Assembly: GCA_965262715.1 (NCBI GenBank)
Contig: OZ253553.1
Coordinates: forward strand, 288,001 to 352,000
Source: Bdellovibrionales bacterium
Lineage (GTDB): Bacteria; Bdellovibrionota; Bdellovibrionia; Bdellovibrionales; JAUICD01
Direction: 5' to 3'
Length of the DNA stretch: 64,000 nucleotides
Shown here: positions 49,311 through 59,940 of the stretch, in pieces
Position numbering within the stretch: position 1 is the first letter of the stretch
Layout: each line of letters opens with the position of its first letter
The notes under the pieces: generated by a model
Seen by the model: only the letters and a program-made list of their open reading frames with translations
Database searches by the model: none
What the model was told of the DNA's origin: nothing
Program-made: the position numbers and the translations under genes

Positions 49311-50130
49311 TTTTCCTTAACATTGTGTTAAAGAATGAGGGTAGTCTCCTCCTAAAAATAGACAGATTTTTTAGGCAATGATCATTTTACGAGGACGTTA
49401 GTCGTCGTGATCATTGCCAAAAAACAGCCAGAGGTGTGGAAGTATATTGTTTTTTAGAAAAACAAGGAAAAATCTTGAAGGAGCTGAAAATTGATATTTT
49501 AAGCTAAGTCTCGAAGTCCTCGATGAGATCGCCAAAAAGCGATCTCATCTGCGGAAGATCTCGTCTTTAGCTTAAAACATCAAATCTTAATTCCTATGAT
49601 AAAGATTATAGGTGATTTGTAAGGAGAAGAGACGGTAAGAGGAAGTTTTCCTTAACATTGTGTTAAAGAATGAGGGTAGTCTCCTTACTAAAAATAGACA
49701 GATTTTTTAGGCAATGATCATTTTACGAGGACGTTAGTCGTCGTGATCATTGCCAAAAAGCAGCCAGAGGTGTGGAAGTATATTGTTTTTTAGAAAAACA
49801 AGGAAAAATCTTGAAGGAGCTGAAAATTGATATTTTAAGCTAAGTCTCGAAGTCCTCGATGAGATCGCCAAAAAGCGATCTCATCTGCGGAAGATCTCGT
49901 CTTTAGCTTAAAACATCAAATCTTAATTCCTATGATAAAGATTATAGGTGATTTGTAAGGAGAAGAGACGGTAAGAGGAAGTTTTCCTTAACATTGTGTT
50001 AAAGAATGAGGGTAGTCTCCTTACTAAAAATGAACAGGTTTTTGAGGCAGTTAGCATTTTCTTGAAGGCGTGAGCCTTCAGGCTAACTGCCCAAAAGTGG
50101 CCAGAGGCCAGTTCATTTTTAGGGAAACAG
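49311..50130 (+). repeat. Tandem array A-B-A-B-A (period 335-336 bp)
   Basis: A copies start at 49311, 49646, 49982; B copies at 49447, 49783. Confidence 0.93.
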
Positions 50131-50204
50131 CATTTGACAAATTTATAAAGCTATCGTGAAATAAATATATAAATATATAAATATATAAATATAGGGGGAA
50201 ATAA

Positions 50205-50910
50205 ATGAAAAAATCACTTCTTATCTTACTGTTACTCAATCTTGCACATTTCAATTTAAATGCTCAAGAAACAAATAATAATTCAAAAAATCAAGAACGA
50301 CAAAAGATTTACTTTAAAGGAATTTTTAGCCCTACACTTGATATGCAACCAGTGGGTTTTAATGAGAGTGGGGACTTGGACTTTCTTTTAGATGAGGTTC
50401 AATATACAGCTACAGGTGAAGTGCCTTTAACTTCTGGTTTTTTTGACAACATTGAAACTGGTATAGGGTATAAAGTAAGTAATAATTGAGGGTGTTTTTA
50501 AATTGACAAAGTTTCATGTTGGTCTTCCTGATGCTCACTCGGTAGAGTTCTCCTCTGGTTCTGATAGTGAGTTACTTGAATTTGAACCACATTATTTAGG
50601 TCTTTTTAATTTTGTAGATAATTCAAGTATCTTAGGTTCTTTAGATACTTTAGGTATTATGGGTAAGTTGTTGTATCAAAAGAGTTTATTTGATGACTCT
50701 CATGTTTATTTTGGCTCTGGTTATGGACTTTTTGCAGCTAATGTACCTATAAATGACTGGTCACATATTTGGAGTGGAGAGGTTGGGCTTTTGATAGAAT
50801 TTAGTGACTTCACTGATATAAAGATAGGGTATGAATATACCCGCTTTGCTGAGACCGAAAATGGTATTGTTACATTAGACGGCTTTGACAGACATGGTTT
50901 GGTCATTTGA
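50205..50910 (+). pseudogene. Outer-membrane beta-barrel-like protein split by frameshift
   Basis: Signal peptide and alternating beta-strand patterns (GIGYK, YFGSGYG, KIGYEY) across two frames. Confidence 0.55.
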
Positions 50911-51372
50911 TTTCATGTTTATAAAACAAGATAAAAAAACAGAATAACTAATGTAAATCAATAGACAAAGCTTAAGTTATTTACAAACTCCATTTATACG
51001 AGAAACCGTTTCGTTTATATCAAGACAGTTACTTGAACTGTTAAAAAAATCAATGACTCGTTTATAGGAATTCAATTTAAAATAATTGAGATCATCATCC
51101 CTAACATAGGGATAATATTCCTGTTTATTAGATAAAGGATAATATCACTTCGGACCAACTTAATGCGTTAACCAGTGCGCGGATATGAGGTTGTAGTTTC
51201 AGTGGCAATCATAAAAAAATAATGACTCTCAGAACTTATTCTTCTCTTGCTTTGTGGTCATTCATATGAGTGGAACAATGAAACGATTCTCTTGCATTAT
51301 AGCTTTGATTATGTTAAATAGTTTTGAAAACATGATGAAAGATGAAATGGCCTGCTTTTTCTGAAAAAGGCA

Positions 51373-52389
51373 GTGTTGTTAAGGCAATATACTTTAAGGA
51401 TAAGGAGTTTCAAATTGCGATTATATTATAATGTTAATAAATTGGTTATTTGTTTGATATTTACTAGCTTAGCAGCTTGTTCAAAGGATACATCATCTAC
51501 AAGCTATGATCCTTATGAAGATTTAAATGCTCAACATACAAAAGAAATTATGGATATTATAACTTCTTTAAACATAGAGCATTCAGATTTAATAGAAAGC
51601 TTGCGAGCACAAGAAACTAATGATTTATTTTTGCCTTATATTGCAAGCTATGAAGCTCATAAGTCTTCACCTATTCATCCAGATATTAAAATCTTTTTTT
51701 TTGATCGATCAAAATTACCAGAAAATCATGTGGTAAATTTTTTTATTGGGATGTGTTTTCTACGAGAATTTATATTCATAGATAGGGATTTTTGGTTTAC
51801 TTTAAATCCTTCTGAAGATCTTATATTGAGATATTCTATACTTAAAGGCTTTTCTGAGGATGGGACATATCAACAAAGTTCTAAGAATATAGATGGCAGT
51901 ATATCAAGAGAGGTAGAAAGATATGAGGAGTTATCTGAGGAGGAGAGGCAAGAGAGAATAGAGATAATACAAAGATTAGAGGAAAAACTTTCTGAGGATG
52001 AAAAGATAGCAGCAAGGCAATTAAGAAGAGAGCTTATTTTGTTCCATGAATTGGGTCATTGTGATTTAGGCCGAGATCATGAAATAATAAGTCATTCAAT
52101 TATGAGTTATGAAACTGTAAGCCTCATAGGGAATAATCAAGCTATAAAAAAAGAGGAATGTCCAGAGGACCTTTCATTTGAGAAAGCTATGGAAGAATGT
52201 CGAATGTTTGACATTGAAGTCTCATATTATAATCTTATTCAAAAACTTTTTTCTACGCAGCCGCAGAAGGGTATGAGTCCATTAAAACTAAATCCTGAGG
52301 CAGCTCGGTTACTATATCAAGAAACATTTCAATATATGCAAATGTATACCAATGCCATTGATCATGAAGTACAAAATAATTTGGACTGA
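51373..52389 (+). CDS. Lipoprotein with metzincin-type zinc protease motif
   Basis: LAAC lipobox; HELGHCDLGRDH plus SIMSY Met-turn; start uncertain. Confidence 0.7.
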   Translation: MLLRQYTLRIRSFKLRLYYNVNKLVICLIFTSLAACSKDTSSTSYDPYEDLNAQHTKEIMDIITSLNIEHSDLIESLRAQETNDLFLPYIASYEAHKSSPIHPDIKIFFFDRSKLPENHVVNFFIGMCFLREFIFIDRDFWFTLNPSEDLILRYSILKGFSEDGTYQQSSKNIDGSISREVERYEELSEEERQERIEIIQRLEEKLSEDEKIAARQLRRELILFHELGHCDLGRDHEIISHSIMSYETVSLIGNNQAIKKEECPEDLSFEKAMEECRMFDIEVSYYNLIQKLFSTQPQKGMSPLKLNPEAARLLYQETFQYMQMYTNAIDHEVQNNLD

Positions 52390-52615
52390 TTGAAAATTAA
52401 TTTATACATTTTGCTGTTTAACCTCTATAATTATGACTGTTAGGGAAATACCTAAGTATTGAAGTTCTCGACAAATACATAGCTATAAAATAGAATGGTA
52501 TATTCATTACATGAATTTATAGTTTATTGATCTATAATAAATGAATCACTGAAAATATTTAGAAATGGAATGATTGAAATATTTTCAAAAGAGATTGAAA
52601 TCTTGGGAGATAGTT

Positions 52616-54739
52616 ATGAAATGTGTAAACTTATGGGTTATAGCTTACTGTACATTAGTAGTTGGTTGTTCTTCTTCAACAACGGAAGACAGACCTAATG
52701 CTCTTGCAGAAACCCTTCAGAGCAACACTGTAAGTAATTGCCATATCTCTCGGGTTGTTTCTGAAGAGACTCAAGCTATTATATGGAAGGCTATATGGAA
52801 TGAGGATAGAAAAGAAGTTATTGCTTTAGATAATGATAGAGATAGAGATAGGTATACTTTTTCAGAAGCTATGTCTGTTAATGATAAAGATATAAAGGTT
52901 TTGCTTTCTGATCGCTCACTACTTTCATTACGTCGTTCTTATAGAGTAGTAGGTAATGATATTAGTTTTAAGGTTCTTTATATTAAGCCTTCAAATTCAG
53001 ATGAAGAGAATATGATACAGGCTGAACTTCATGTAGTTAAAATAGAAGATTTGAAAAAGGTCCATAATGAGGGTGAAGAAATACTCAGTGATCTTCCTGT
53101 CAGTGAAGCAGAAGCTTGCTATACATTACTTGCTCAAAAAGTAGAAAACACTGTAGTGTCTGTAGAATCTATAGGTGAAGAAGGTTGGAAAGACCCTGAT
53201 AAGATAAAAAGCTTATTTGATAATAGAGAAATTTATCAAACAGTTTCTTCTAGCGCTTGGAAGTCATCTGATCAATCTGAAACATTGAATGCGCAGACAG
53301 CCATGAATGTGGAGCTTATAGATATCATAACTGATGGTCGTGATCCAATAAGTATTGCTTTTACGCAATCTAATTCAGAATTTAACGACCCTACATCTTC
53401 AGTTAGACCTTCCATTATAGGATTGGAAATCCCTATTACAGGAAGTGGAATTCCTATTATAGGTAATCTTATGAGAGATAATCTAGATGATGAAATTTTC
53501 AATCTAGATATCAAGAAGAAAACTCTCAATCCTTTTGAACTTATCTTTGATTTTTCAGGTGGAAGAGCTAATAACCAGGTAGATTTTACTGTTTCTGTTC
53601 AGACAACCGAATTTTTATCTCAACCTGAAGATTCAAATCAAGCTACTTCTCAAGAAATAGAGACTCAATCTATACCTCAATCTAATGTTCAGGCAGAAAC
53701 TCCCCAAGTTCAAACTGCATTGCAAGCTGCCGACCATGAGACAAAAAATCAAGAACAACCTATAACTGAAGCAGAAACCGAATCAGTACCTCAGGTTGCA
53801 GTTGAAACACAGCTTCAATATCAACCTACAACTGAGTTTGAAATACTGTCTCCACCTGAAATGAGTGAAAATTGTAAAAGCTCTGATAGTTTTATTTCTG
53901 CTTCTGAGGAGACTCAATCTATTATATGGCAAGCCAGATGGAATGCTTCTCAAAATCAAATTGCCTCTTTAAGGCATATTAGAGATACTTATACCCTTTT
54001 AAATGCTGTATCTGCAAATGGTTCAGATATAAGTATTGTCATTTCTGATGAAGATTTACTTATTCGTGAGAGTCGATTTAGCAGACTCAATACAGAGACT
54101 TTTCAGGTGCTTTATATTCCAAATGCAAGCATAAATGATACAATACAGTTTAATTTGCATAAGCTGACACAAGAGGAACTTGAGCCTATTTATCTGGCAG
54201 CTAAAAATCATGAAGTGTTACTCGACCATCCAGCAACTCAAATGGAAGCTTGTTATACAATCAAATTAGAAAGAATGGATGACACTTCAATTTTTGCAGA
54301 ATATGACCCAGATACTTCTTCAAGGAAAGAGAATAAAATTAAAGACCTCTTTCAAAACAGGGTAGTGTTTAGAACAACCTCTTATAGTACTTGGGTGTTA
54401 GGGAATTCCTCTGATATAAATATAATGCGAGAGGCAGCTACGCATTTAGAACTTGAGGATATTTCAGAAGATGAGCGTACTCCATTGAATATTGCCTTTA
54501 AACACTCCTTACCATTTAATGATTCTATATCTTCAATTAGACTTTTTATCGTGGATGTGAAGATATCATCTTGGGGGTTTCTGACAAACAATCTTGATAA
54601 TGAAATATTCAACAGACATTTGAAAGGACAATCCTTAGATCCTTTTGAGCTTGTTTTTGGTTTTTCAATAGGAGAGTCTGAAGACAAAAAAGATTTCACT
54701 ATAGGAATTACTTCAGTACCACTTGCTCAATCAGAATAA
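52616..54739 (+). CDS. Lipoprotein with two homologous ~300-aa domains
   Basis: VVGC lipobox; SEETQ.IIW.A.WN, EACYT, NLD.EIFN and PFEL.F.FS each occur twice. Confidence 0.75.
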   Translation: MKCVNLWVIAYCTLVVGCSSSTTEDRPNALAETLQSNTVSNCHISRVVSEETQAIIWKAIWNEDRKEVIALDNDRDRDRYTFSEAMSVNDKDIKVLLSDRSLLSLRRSYRVVGNDISFKVLYIKPSNSDEENMIQAELHVVKIEDLKKVHNEGEEILSDLPVSEAEACYTLLAQKVENTVVSVESIGEEGWKDPDKIKSLFDNREIYQTVSSSAWKSSDQSETLNAQTAMNVELIDIITDGRDPISIAFTQSNSEFNDPTSSVRPSIIGLEIPITGSGIPIIGNLMRDNLDDEIFNLDIKKKTLNPFELIFDFSGGRANNQVDFTVSVQTTEFLSQPEDSNQATSQEIETQSIPQSNVQAETPQVQTALQAADHETKNQEQPITEAETESVPQVAVETQLQYQPTTEFEILSPPEMSENCKSSDSFISASEETQSIIWQARWNASQNQIASLRHIRDTYTLLNAVSANGSDISIVISDEDLLIRESRFSRLNTETFQVLYIPNASINDTIQFNLHKLTQEELEPIYLAAKNHEVLLDHPATQMEACYTIKLERMDDTSIFAEYDPDTSSRKENKIKDLFQNRVVFRTTSYSTWVLGNSSDINIMREAATHLELEDISEDERTPLNIAFKHSLPFNDSISSIRLFIVDVKISSWGFLTNNLDNEIFNRHLKGQSLDPFELVFGFSIGESEDKKDFTIGITSVPLAQSE

Positions 54740-54741
54740 AC

Positions 54742-54761
54742 TAGAACCGGTCTCAAAAATA
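54742..54761 (+). repeat. 20-bp direct repeat, left
   Basis: TAGAACCGGTCTCAAAAATA, identical at 57141. Confidence 0.85.
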
Positions 54762-55186
54762 CATGATAGTAGTAAATAATACAAAATTGCAAAATACAAA
54801 ACATAATATAACCATTACCAGATCACGAATCATAAGAAATGATCTCAATGAATATTAAGAGCTTTCTTATATAAATTGTGTAAAAACACTTGAAACTTAA
54901 ACTCAACCCTTTTTATTGAGGTGTTTTTACGTAAGATCAGTAATAAGTAAGAAATTTCAGGCTTATAAACTTGTTGTATGTAGCTTCTTATTCAAACGTG
55001 TTGGCTCATATAAATAGAGAATTATTGACATATATAGATTCATCTAGATATACTGCGTTATTTGTGTTATGTTAGAGTTTAGATGGTATTTTTACAATTT
55101 TTTAATTGTACTTTAAGTAAATATAGTGTACAAGGGTTTATTTATGATATTCGTTATTTTTTGAATTAAGAAATTGGATTTAATTT

Positions 55187-55840
55187 ATGAAAAAAATAAT
55201 ATTAACAAATAGTGCAATAACTCTGGTTACACAAAATCAACCGCAATCTGTAAATCATGAATTCTTGGTTCAAAAAGATATTATTCCCAAGGACTTTCAA
55301 GTTAATGATAAAGAAGTTTTTTATACGCCTTTTGCAAGTAAAATAGGGTATACAAATGGATTTGGTATAATAACTGAGCCAGATAGAATATTGTTTCAAG
55401 TATCAAGGATACCTAATTTTGAAGAAAAAAAGAAGAATTATTTAGATTTACTAGAGAATATTTCATTAAATTATGTAACTTTTTTTAAAGAGATGATAAA
55501 ATGGGAGGCTGTGGGGATCAATTTTCAGTTTATAAAGGATGACTTACAATTTGACACTTTTGTTGACCAATCTATAAAACTAAATAGTTCATGGTTTAAT
55601 TTTGAAGGTAAAAAAGGTGACATTCAAAAGATTGATATATCTTATGATTTGAAGGGTAAGCAGTTCAATATAATTATTCATAAAGGTTTAAAAAGAAATA
55701 TTCAAAGTAACAATGAAGATTCTTGTACATTTTTTACAATAAATGTACATTATCGCGATAAATATGACGATATAGTTAATATTATTAGTGAATTAAAAGA
55801 AAATTATGAAAAATCACAAGAATTTATAGGTAGAAGCTAA
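55187..55840 (+). CDS. Hypothetical protein (possibly TIGR04255-like)
   Basis: 217-aa ORF; beta-rich AVGINF pattern; family call tentative. Confidence 0.5.
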   Translation: MKKIILTNSAITLVTQNQPQSVNHEFLVQKDIIPKDFQVNDKEVFYTPFASKIGYTNGFGIITEPDRILFQVSRIPNFEEKKKNYLDLLENISLNYVTFFKEMIKWEAVGINFQFIKDDLQFDTFVDQSIKLNSSWFNFEGKKGDIQKIDISYDLKGKQFNIIIHKGLKRNIQSNNEDSCTFFTINVHYRDKYDDIVNIISELKENYEKSQEFIGRS

Positions 55841-56502
55841 TGAATTCAGGAAAATCTGAAGGTATAAAATTTGAACTGCTTTTGCCAAGAATAACATCAC
55901 TTTTGCAGAAACCCACACAACGAAAAGAGACCTATTATTGTGGAAATACATTTGATACAGGTATAAACTTCTCTCATAACTTACTAGATAATAATAACAC
56001 AAATTTATTTTTAGTTGAGGATGTTGTTTCTCTGCAACATGTTCTTAACTTTTTATATGATCATAATTACAAAATAAAAAATGAGTTAGATAAAATTTTA
56101 AAAGATTTACATGAATTCTGTAAAAAAGAAGGCTTTGAACTTTTTTCTGATAAAGCAAAAGAAAATGCTATACAAATTATAAAATTTATAAAAAATCATT
56201 ATCCTGATTATGATTGGGATATTTATGCTACAGAAGATCAAGAAATTGCAGTAGACTGTACACTTGAAAAAGGAGGCTTATTGATACTTTGTGACTCAAG
56301 TGGGGAATTAGCTTATTTCAAAACACTTAATGGAAAAAACAGTAGATATAGATGTCAAGATATTAATGACTTTCCTTTCGATCAACTAAAAAGAGAACTT
56401 AATTCTTTAGAGGATTATTCATTAAAACCTTCATTAGTTGATGTTGATACGAAGATATATGATTTTATAAAACCAGTGGGTCTTTTTGTAGAATCAAAAT
56501 GA
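55840..56502 (+). CDS. Hypothetical protein
   Basis: Translationally coupled on both sides (TAATG, ATGA overlaps). Confidence 0.6.
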   Translation: MNSGKSEGIKFELLLPRITSLLQKPTQRKETYYCGNTFDTGINFSHNLLDNNNTNLFLVEDVVSLQHVLNFLYDHNYKIKNELDKILKDLHEFCKKEGFELFSDKAKENAIQIIKFIKNHYPDYDWDIYATEDQEIAVDCTLEKGGLLILCDSSGELAYFKTLNGKNSRYRCQDINDFPFDQLKRELNSLEDYSLKPSLVDVDTKIYDFIKPVGLFVESK

Positions 56503-56903
56503 ATATAAGGTTGTCTAAAGATGTAAATGATGATGATAAGCTTGGAAGAGGTAGTTTTTCAACAAAAGATGTAAATAAAGCTGGCAAAGTAAGATACTGT
56601 TTATTCTTTTATAAAAGAAAAGACACTATTTCTGTAGACCGTCTTTTTAATTTTTGTTTAGAAAAACTAACAGCTATTCAAGATAAACATGCTCAAAAAA
56701 GAAATCAATTTTATGGATGGGCTGGTATAAAAACCTTAGATGCTAAAAAAAATGGTAGAAAAACTCAATCAAATCCAGTTAAAGACAACCCCTATCATGC
56801 TAATATTATTCTACCTAAAAACATAGAAGATGATGATCGAAGAAGCCATGCTAAGGAGCTTGCGTTTTACTCTAAATGGGTTGAAAGATATAAATCAGGA
56901 TAA
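56499..56903 (+). CDS. Putative ADP-ribosyltransferase-like toxin
   Basis: LGR, ISVDR and NPYHANI motifs resemble small ART-fold toxins. Confidence 0.45.
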   Translation: MNIRLSKDVNDDDKLGRGSFSTKDVNKAGKVRYCLFFYKRKDTISVDRLFNFCLEKLTAIQDKHAQKRNQFYGWAGIKTLDAKKNGRKTQSNPVKDNPYHANIILPKNIEDDDRRSHAKELAFYSKWVERYKSG

Positions 56904-57140
56904 ATTTTAGTCTTTAGATAATTTTGTTTTTATGTTTTTGAGAATGAGTGAATGACTTCAGGGTATATGTTACCGGGAGTTGATAATGTTATTTTGATTT
57001 TAGACTGGCTTTCCTCACAATCCTTCTCTTGTTTATCATTATCAACCCTTATAGATTCTAGAAGACTTCAAGATGAACTTAGTGATTTAGGACTATTGTC
57101 AATTCGAGATAAGATATTGAAGTTATAAGCTATATCTTAT

Positions 57141-57160
57141 TAGAACCGGTCTCAAAAATA
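57141..57160 (+). repeat. 20-bp direct repeat, right (abuts a partial element E at 57105-57141)
   Basis: Identical to 54742-54761. Confidence 0.85.
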
Positions 57161-57306
57161 AAAATTTAATAAACATTTCCAGTGATTCATAACTTTATCT
57201 AACTATAATGTATATCAGTGTTCACCTTCGTCTATAAACGTTTGTACCTATTACCTCTAATTTCTTGTATAAAAGGGTTATCTTCCTCAAAATGAATCAG
57301 CTTTTT

Positions 57307-57468
57307 TTTCACTAAAATGCATCTGACCTCTCGAGGCGAGCCTCTGGTCACTTTCTGGCAGTAAGCCCGACGGCTCTTATGGCCGTCGGCAAATAGCTTA
57401 CTGCCTGGAAAGGCTAATGCATTTTAGTAGGGAGGATCTTCTTGTTTCTTAGCACAATGTTAGGGAAA
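57307..57468 (-). repeat. Structured element A, copy 9
   Basis: GGCAGTAAGC/GCTTACTGCC, CGACGG/CCGTCG and ACTAAAATGCAT/ATGCATTTTAGT stems. Confidence 0.9.
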
Positions 57469-57583
57469 TTTTATTCTTGCCATCGGATCAGTACCTAGAT
57501 TTATTTCATGGACAATCCTCAAAAAGGCTAGCCTCGAGAGGCTTGTCTTCTATTCATTTTGAGTAAAAGCAGGATGAAGGAAG

Positions 57584-57727
57584 TTTTCCTTAACATGATG
57601 TAAAAGAACGAAGAGATCCTCTCTACTCAAAATAAACGGATTTTTAAGGCAATCAGCATTTTGTTGACGGTGTTAACCGTCACGCTGATTGCCCAAAAAC
57701 AACCAGAGGTTGGTTTATTTTGAGTGA
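57584..57727 (+). repeat. Structured element A, copy 10
   Basis: GGCAATCAGC/GCTGATTGCC, CAACC-AGA-GGTTG and ACTCAAAATAAAC/GTTTATTTTGAGT stems. Confidence 0.9.
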
Positions 57728-57877
57728 GTTTGTATAATGCAAAACTGGTATTTTTTTCTAAAATTGTTATCTCTAATAGCATTTTTGAGATGGCTTCTAA
57801 CTGATCTTACTTGTATAAACTATGCCAAAATACTTGATTTCTTTACCTTCTATGAAATGGCAACAGCCTCTAGTAGA

Positions 57878-58531
57878 TTAGTCATTATTTTTATTATTTG
57901 GGGAAGGAATAGATGTATTTTGAGAAAAGTATAGAGGTTTATCAAGTTTTACTTTTATCTCTTCTGAATCTGACTCTTCTGATATAAAAGAAACTTCTGA
58001 GATAAACCATAATTCTGGCCAGAAATCTGTCATAGAGGATGAAGAAATCAACGTTTGGTTGTATTCTACTGGACGGGTCGTCATTTGAGAAGGTGTTATT
58101 TCTGAAAACATTGTTATTGGAATTTGTAATGACTGGATATAATTGTTTTCACCTATTATACAAGGGCTTTTTAGAGTCAATGAAGGCTTTTCCCCTGATA
58201 CAGCCACTCCATCTGCTAAAACTTTTACTTCAATAGTCTGAAAGTATTCGCAAGCACTTCTGCCTTTTTTGCCATCAACTTGCATTTGGAAATGTGGTAA
58301 ATGAATGTTAATATCCTCTGTTTGATAAGTGATATGCAACTCTTTCAAGAGTCTATTGATAGTGGCTTTTTCAAGAGAACCACCTGACAGTTCAGAATAA
58401 TCAGTATGTATATCCTTTGGAATAGAAGCTAACTGACGCTCAGTCATTTTATGGGGTTTGGAATAAAAAAAGCCAAGCGAAAACATTAAGATAAACAGTA
58501 AAATAGAGCAAAATAATTTGAAAAAGTTCAT
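57878..58531 (-). CDS. Membrane-anchored hypothetical protein
   Basis: N-terminal TM helix followed by an RQLAS motif. Confidence 0.6.
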   Translation of the reverse strand: MNFFKLFCSILLFILMFSLGFFYSKPHKMTERQLASIPKDIHTDYSELSGGSLEKATINRLLKELHITYQTEDINIHLPHFQMQVDGKKGRSACEYFQTIEVKVLADGVAVSGEKPSLTLKSPCIIGENNYIQSLQIPITMFSEITPSQMTTRPVEYNQTLISSSSMTDFWPELWFISEVSFISEESDSEEIKVKLDKPLYFSQNTSIPSPNNKNND

Positions 58532-58705
58532 ATCTATATTACTATCGGCAAATCAGACTGTTGGTTTTGAATTTTTTTCTACAAATTTGATTTTAATGAC
58601 ATTTGCTGATTTATTTCGACTATTTTATTGAATTGGTGTGAGAAAGAGGCTTATCTTGTAGAGATTTCTAATATATATTGTACAATAGATAATAAGGAAA
58701 ATACT

Positions 58706-59152
58706 ATGAAAACACTGTCAAAAAAGGCTAGACCAGAAGATTGGATTGCTCAATTTCAATCTTTAGACAGCTGGGAAGAAAGATATCGTCACATCATCCA
58801 AATGGGTAAATCTATAGAGCCATTAGAAACCCGATATCAAACTGAAGAGTATTTGGTAAAAGGCTGTCAATCTAAAGTCTGGCTTGTAGCCTCCTTTGAT
58901 CCTCCTAAGGTTCATTTTAAGGCCAATAGTGATGCCCTTATTGTTAATGGGTTGATTGCTATTTTACTAGAAGTGTATTCAGGAAAAGCTCCTCAAGACA
59001 TTCTCAAGTTATCTCCTACATTTATAGAACAATTAGGGCTTAATACTCATCTTTCTCAAACCAGATCTAATGGATTGATTGCAATGATCAAGCAAATTAA
59101 ATACTATGCTCTTGCTTTTTCATCCTTATCAGAATCTGGTAAAAAGGTCTAA
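58706..59152 (+). CDS. sufE: SufE-family sulfur acceptor
   Basis: VKGCQSKVW, SDALIVNG, LSQTRSNG; ATG 58706 has an RBS. Confidence 0.9.
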   Translation: MKTLSKKARPEDWIAQFQSLDSWEERYRHIIQMGKSIEPLETRYQTEEYLVKGCQSKVWLVASFDPPKVHFKANSDALIVNGLIAILLEVYSGKAPQDILKLSPTFIEQLGLNTHLSQTRSNGLIAMIKQIKYYALAFSSLSESGKKV

Positions 59153-59155
59153 AAA

Positions 59156-59932
59156 ATGTTTCATGTACCTGTAAGATATATATCCAGTTTTGATAATCCT
59201 CGATTTAAGCTTTGGACATCTCTTAAAAAAGCAAAAGGGATCAAAAAAGCAAACAAATGTCTAGTTTCAGGCCGAAAAATTTTAGAAGAATTATCACAAC
59301 AAAAGCCTCATCTTTTTGATGAAATTTTATATCCACAGCAATTAGAAGTTCATCACACACAACAGAATGATGGGCTTTTAGAGTTTGCCAGTAAGCTATC
59401 TCTACCTGTGTTTAGATTAAAGCAAGATTTGTTTAAGTGTTTAGATCTTTTTGAAATAAATGCCCCTATAGGTGTTTTAAAAGTACCTCAGATAGATTCA
59501 TGGGATGAAAATCAACCTTGTAAAAATAAAGAGATACTTTTACCTTTGGGAAATTCTTTAAACTTAGGAGTTGTTATTCGCTCAGCCAGAGCCTTTGATA
59601 TTTCAAGTGTAGTCCTTTTAGAAGAAGCTGCTCATCCATTTCTACCACAAGCCATTCGATCTTCTAGTGGTGCTGTATTTCACACTTTTTTTCTTTTAGG
59701 TCCTTCTATTCGAGAGCTTCAAAAGCCTCTTTTAGCTTTAGCATTAAATGGAGTTCCTTTAACAAAATTTGTTTGGCCTAAGGAGGCTAGGCTTCTCATC
59801 GGAGAGGAAGGTTTAGGACTTCCATCAAACTTGTCTATGACCCCTATTTCTATAAAGATAGCAAAAGAAGTGGATTCATTAAATGTAGCTGTAGCTACGG
59901 GGATTGCTTTACATCATTGGCAATCCAGTTAA
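59156..59932 (+). CDS. TrmH/SpoU-family RNA methyltransferase
   Basis: NLGVVIRSA, GEEGLGL, DSLNVAVA. Confidence 0.88.
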   Translation: MFHVPVRYISSFDNPRFKLWTSLKKAKGIKKANKCLVSGRKILEELSQQKPHLFDEILYPQQLEVHHTQQNDGLLEFASKLSLPVFRLKQDLFKCLDLFEINAPIGVLKVPQIDSWDENQPCKNKEILLPLGNSLNLGVVIRSARAFDISSVVLLEEAAHPFLPQAIRSSSGAVFHTFFLLGPSIRELQKPLLALALNGVPLTKFVWPKEARLLIGEEGLGLPSNLSMTPISIKIAKEVDSLNVAVATGIALHHWQSS

Positions 59933-59940
59933 AGAGATTG

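Noticed and set aside
49311..50130. CRISPR array
   Set aside because: Units are ~335 bp with no unique spacers, and no cas genes are present
50163..50193. (AAATATAT)n microsatellite before the beta-barrel gene as a phase-variation switch
   Set aside because: Only ~3.5 AT-only units, and the downstream gene appears broken
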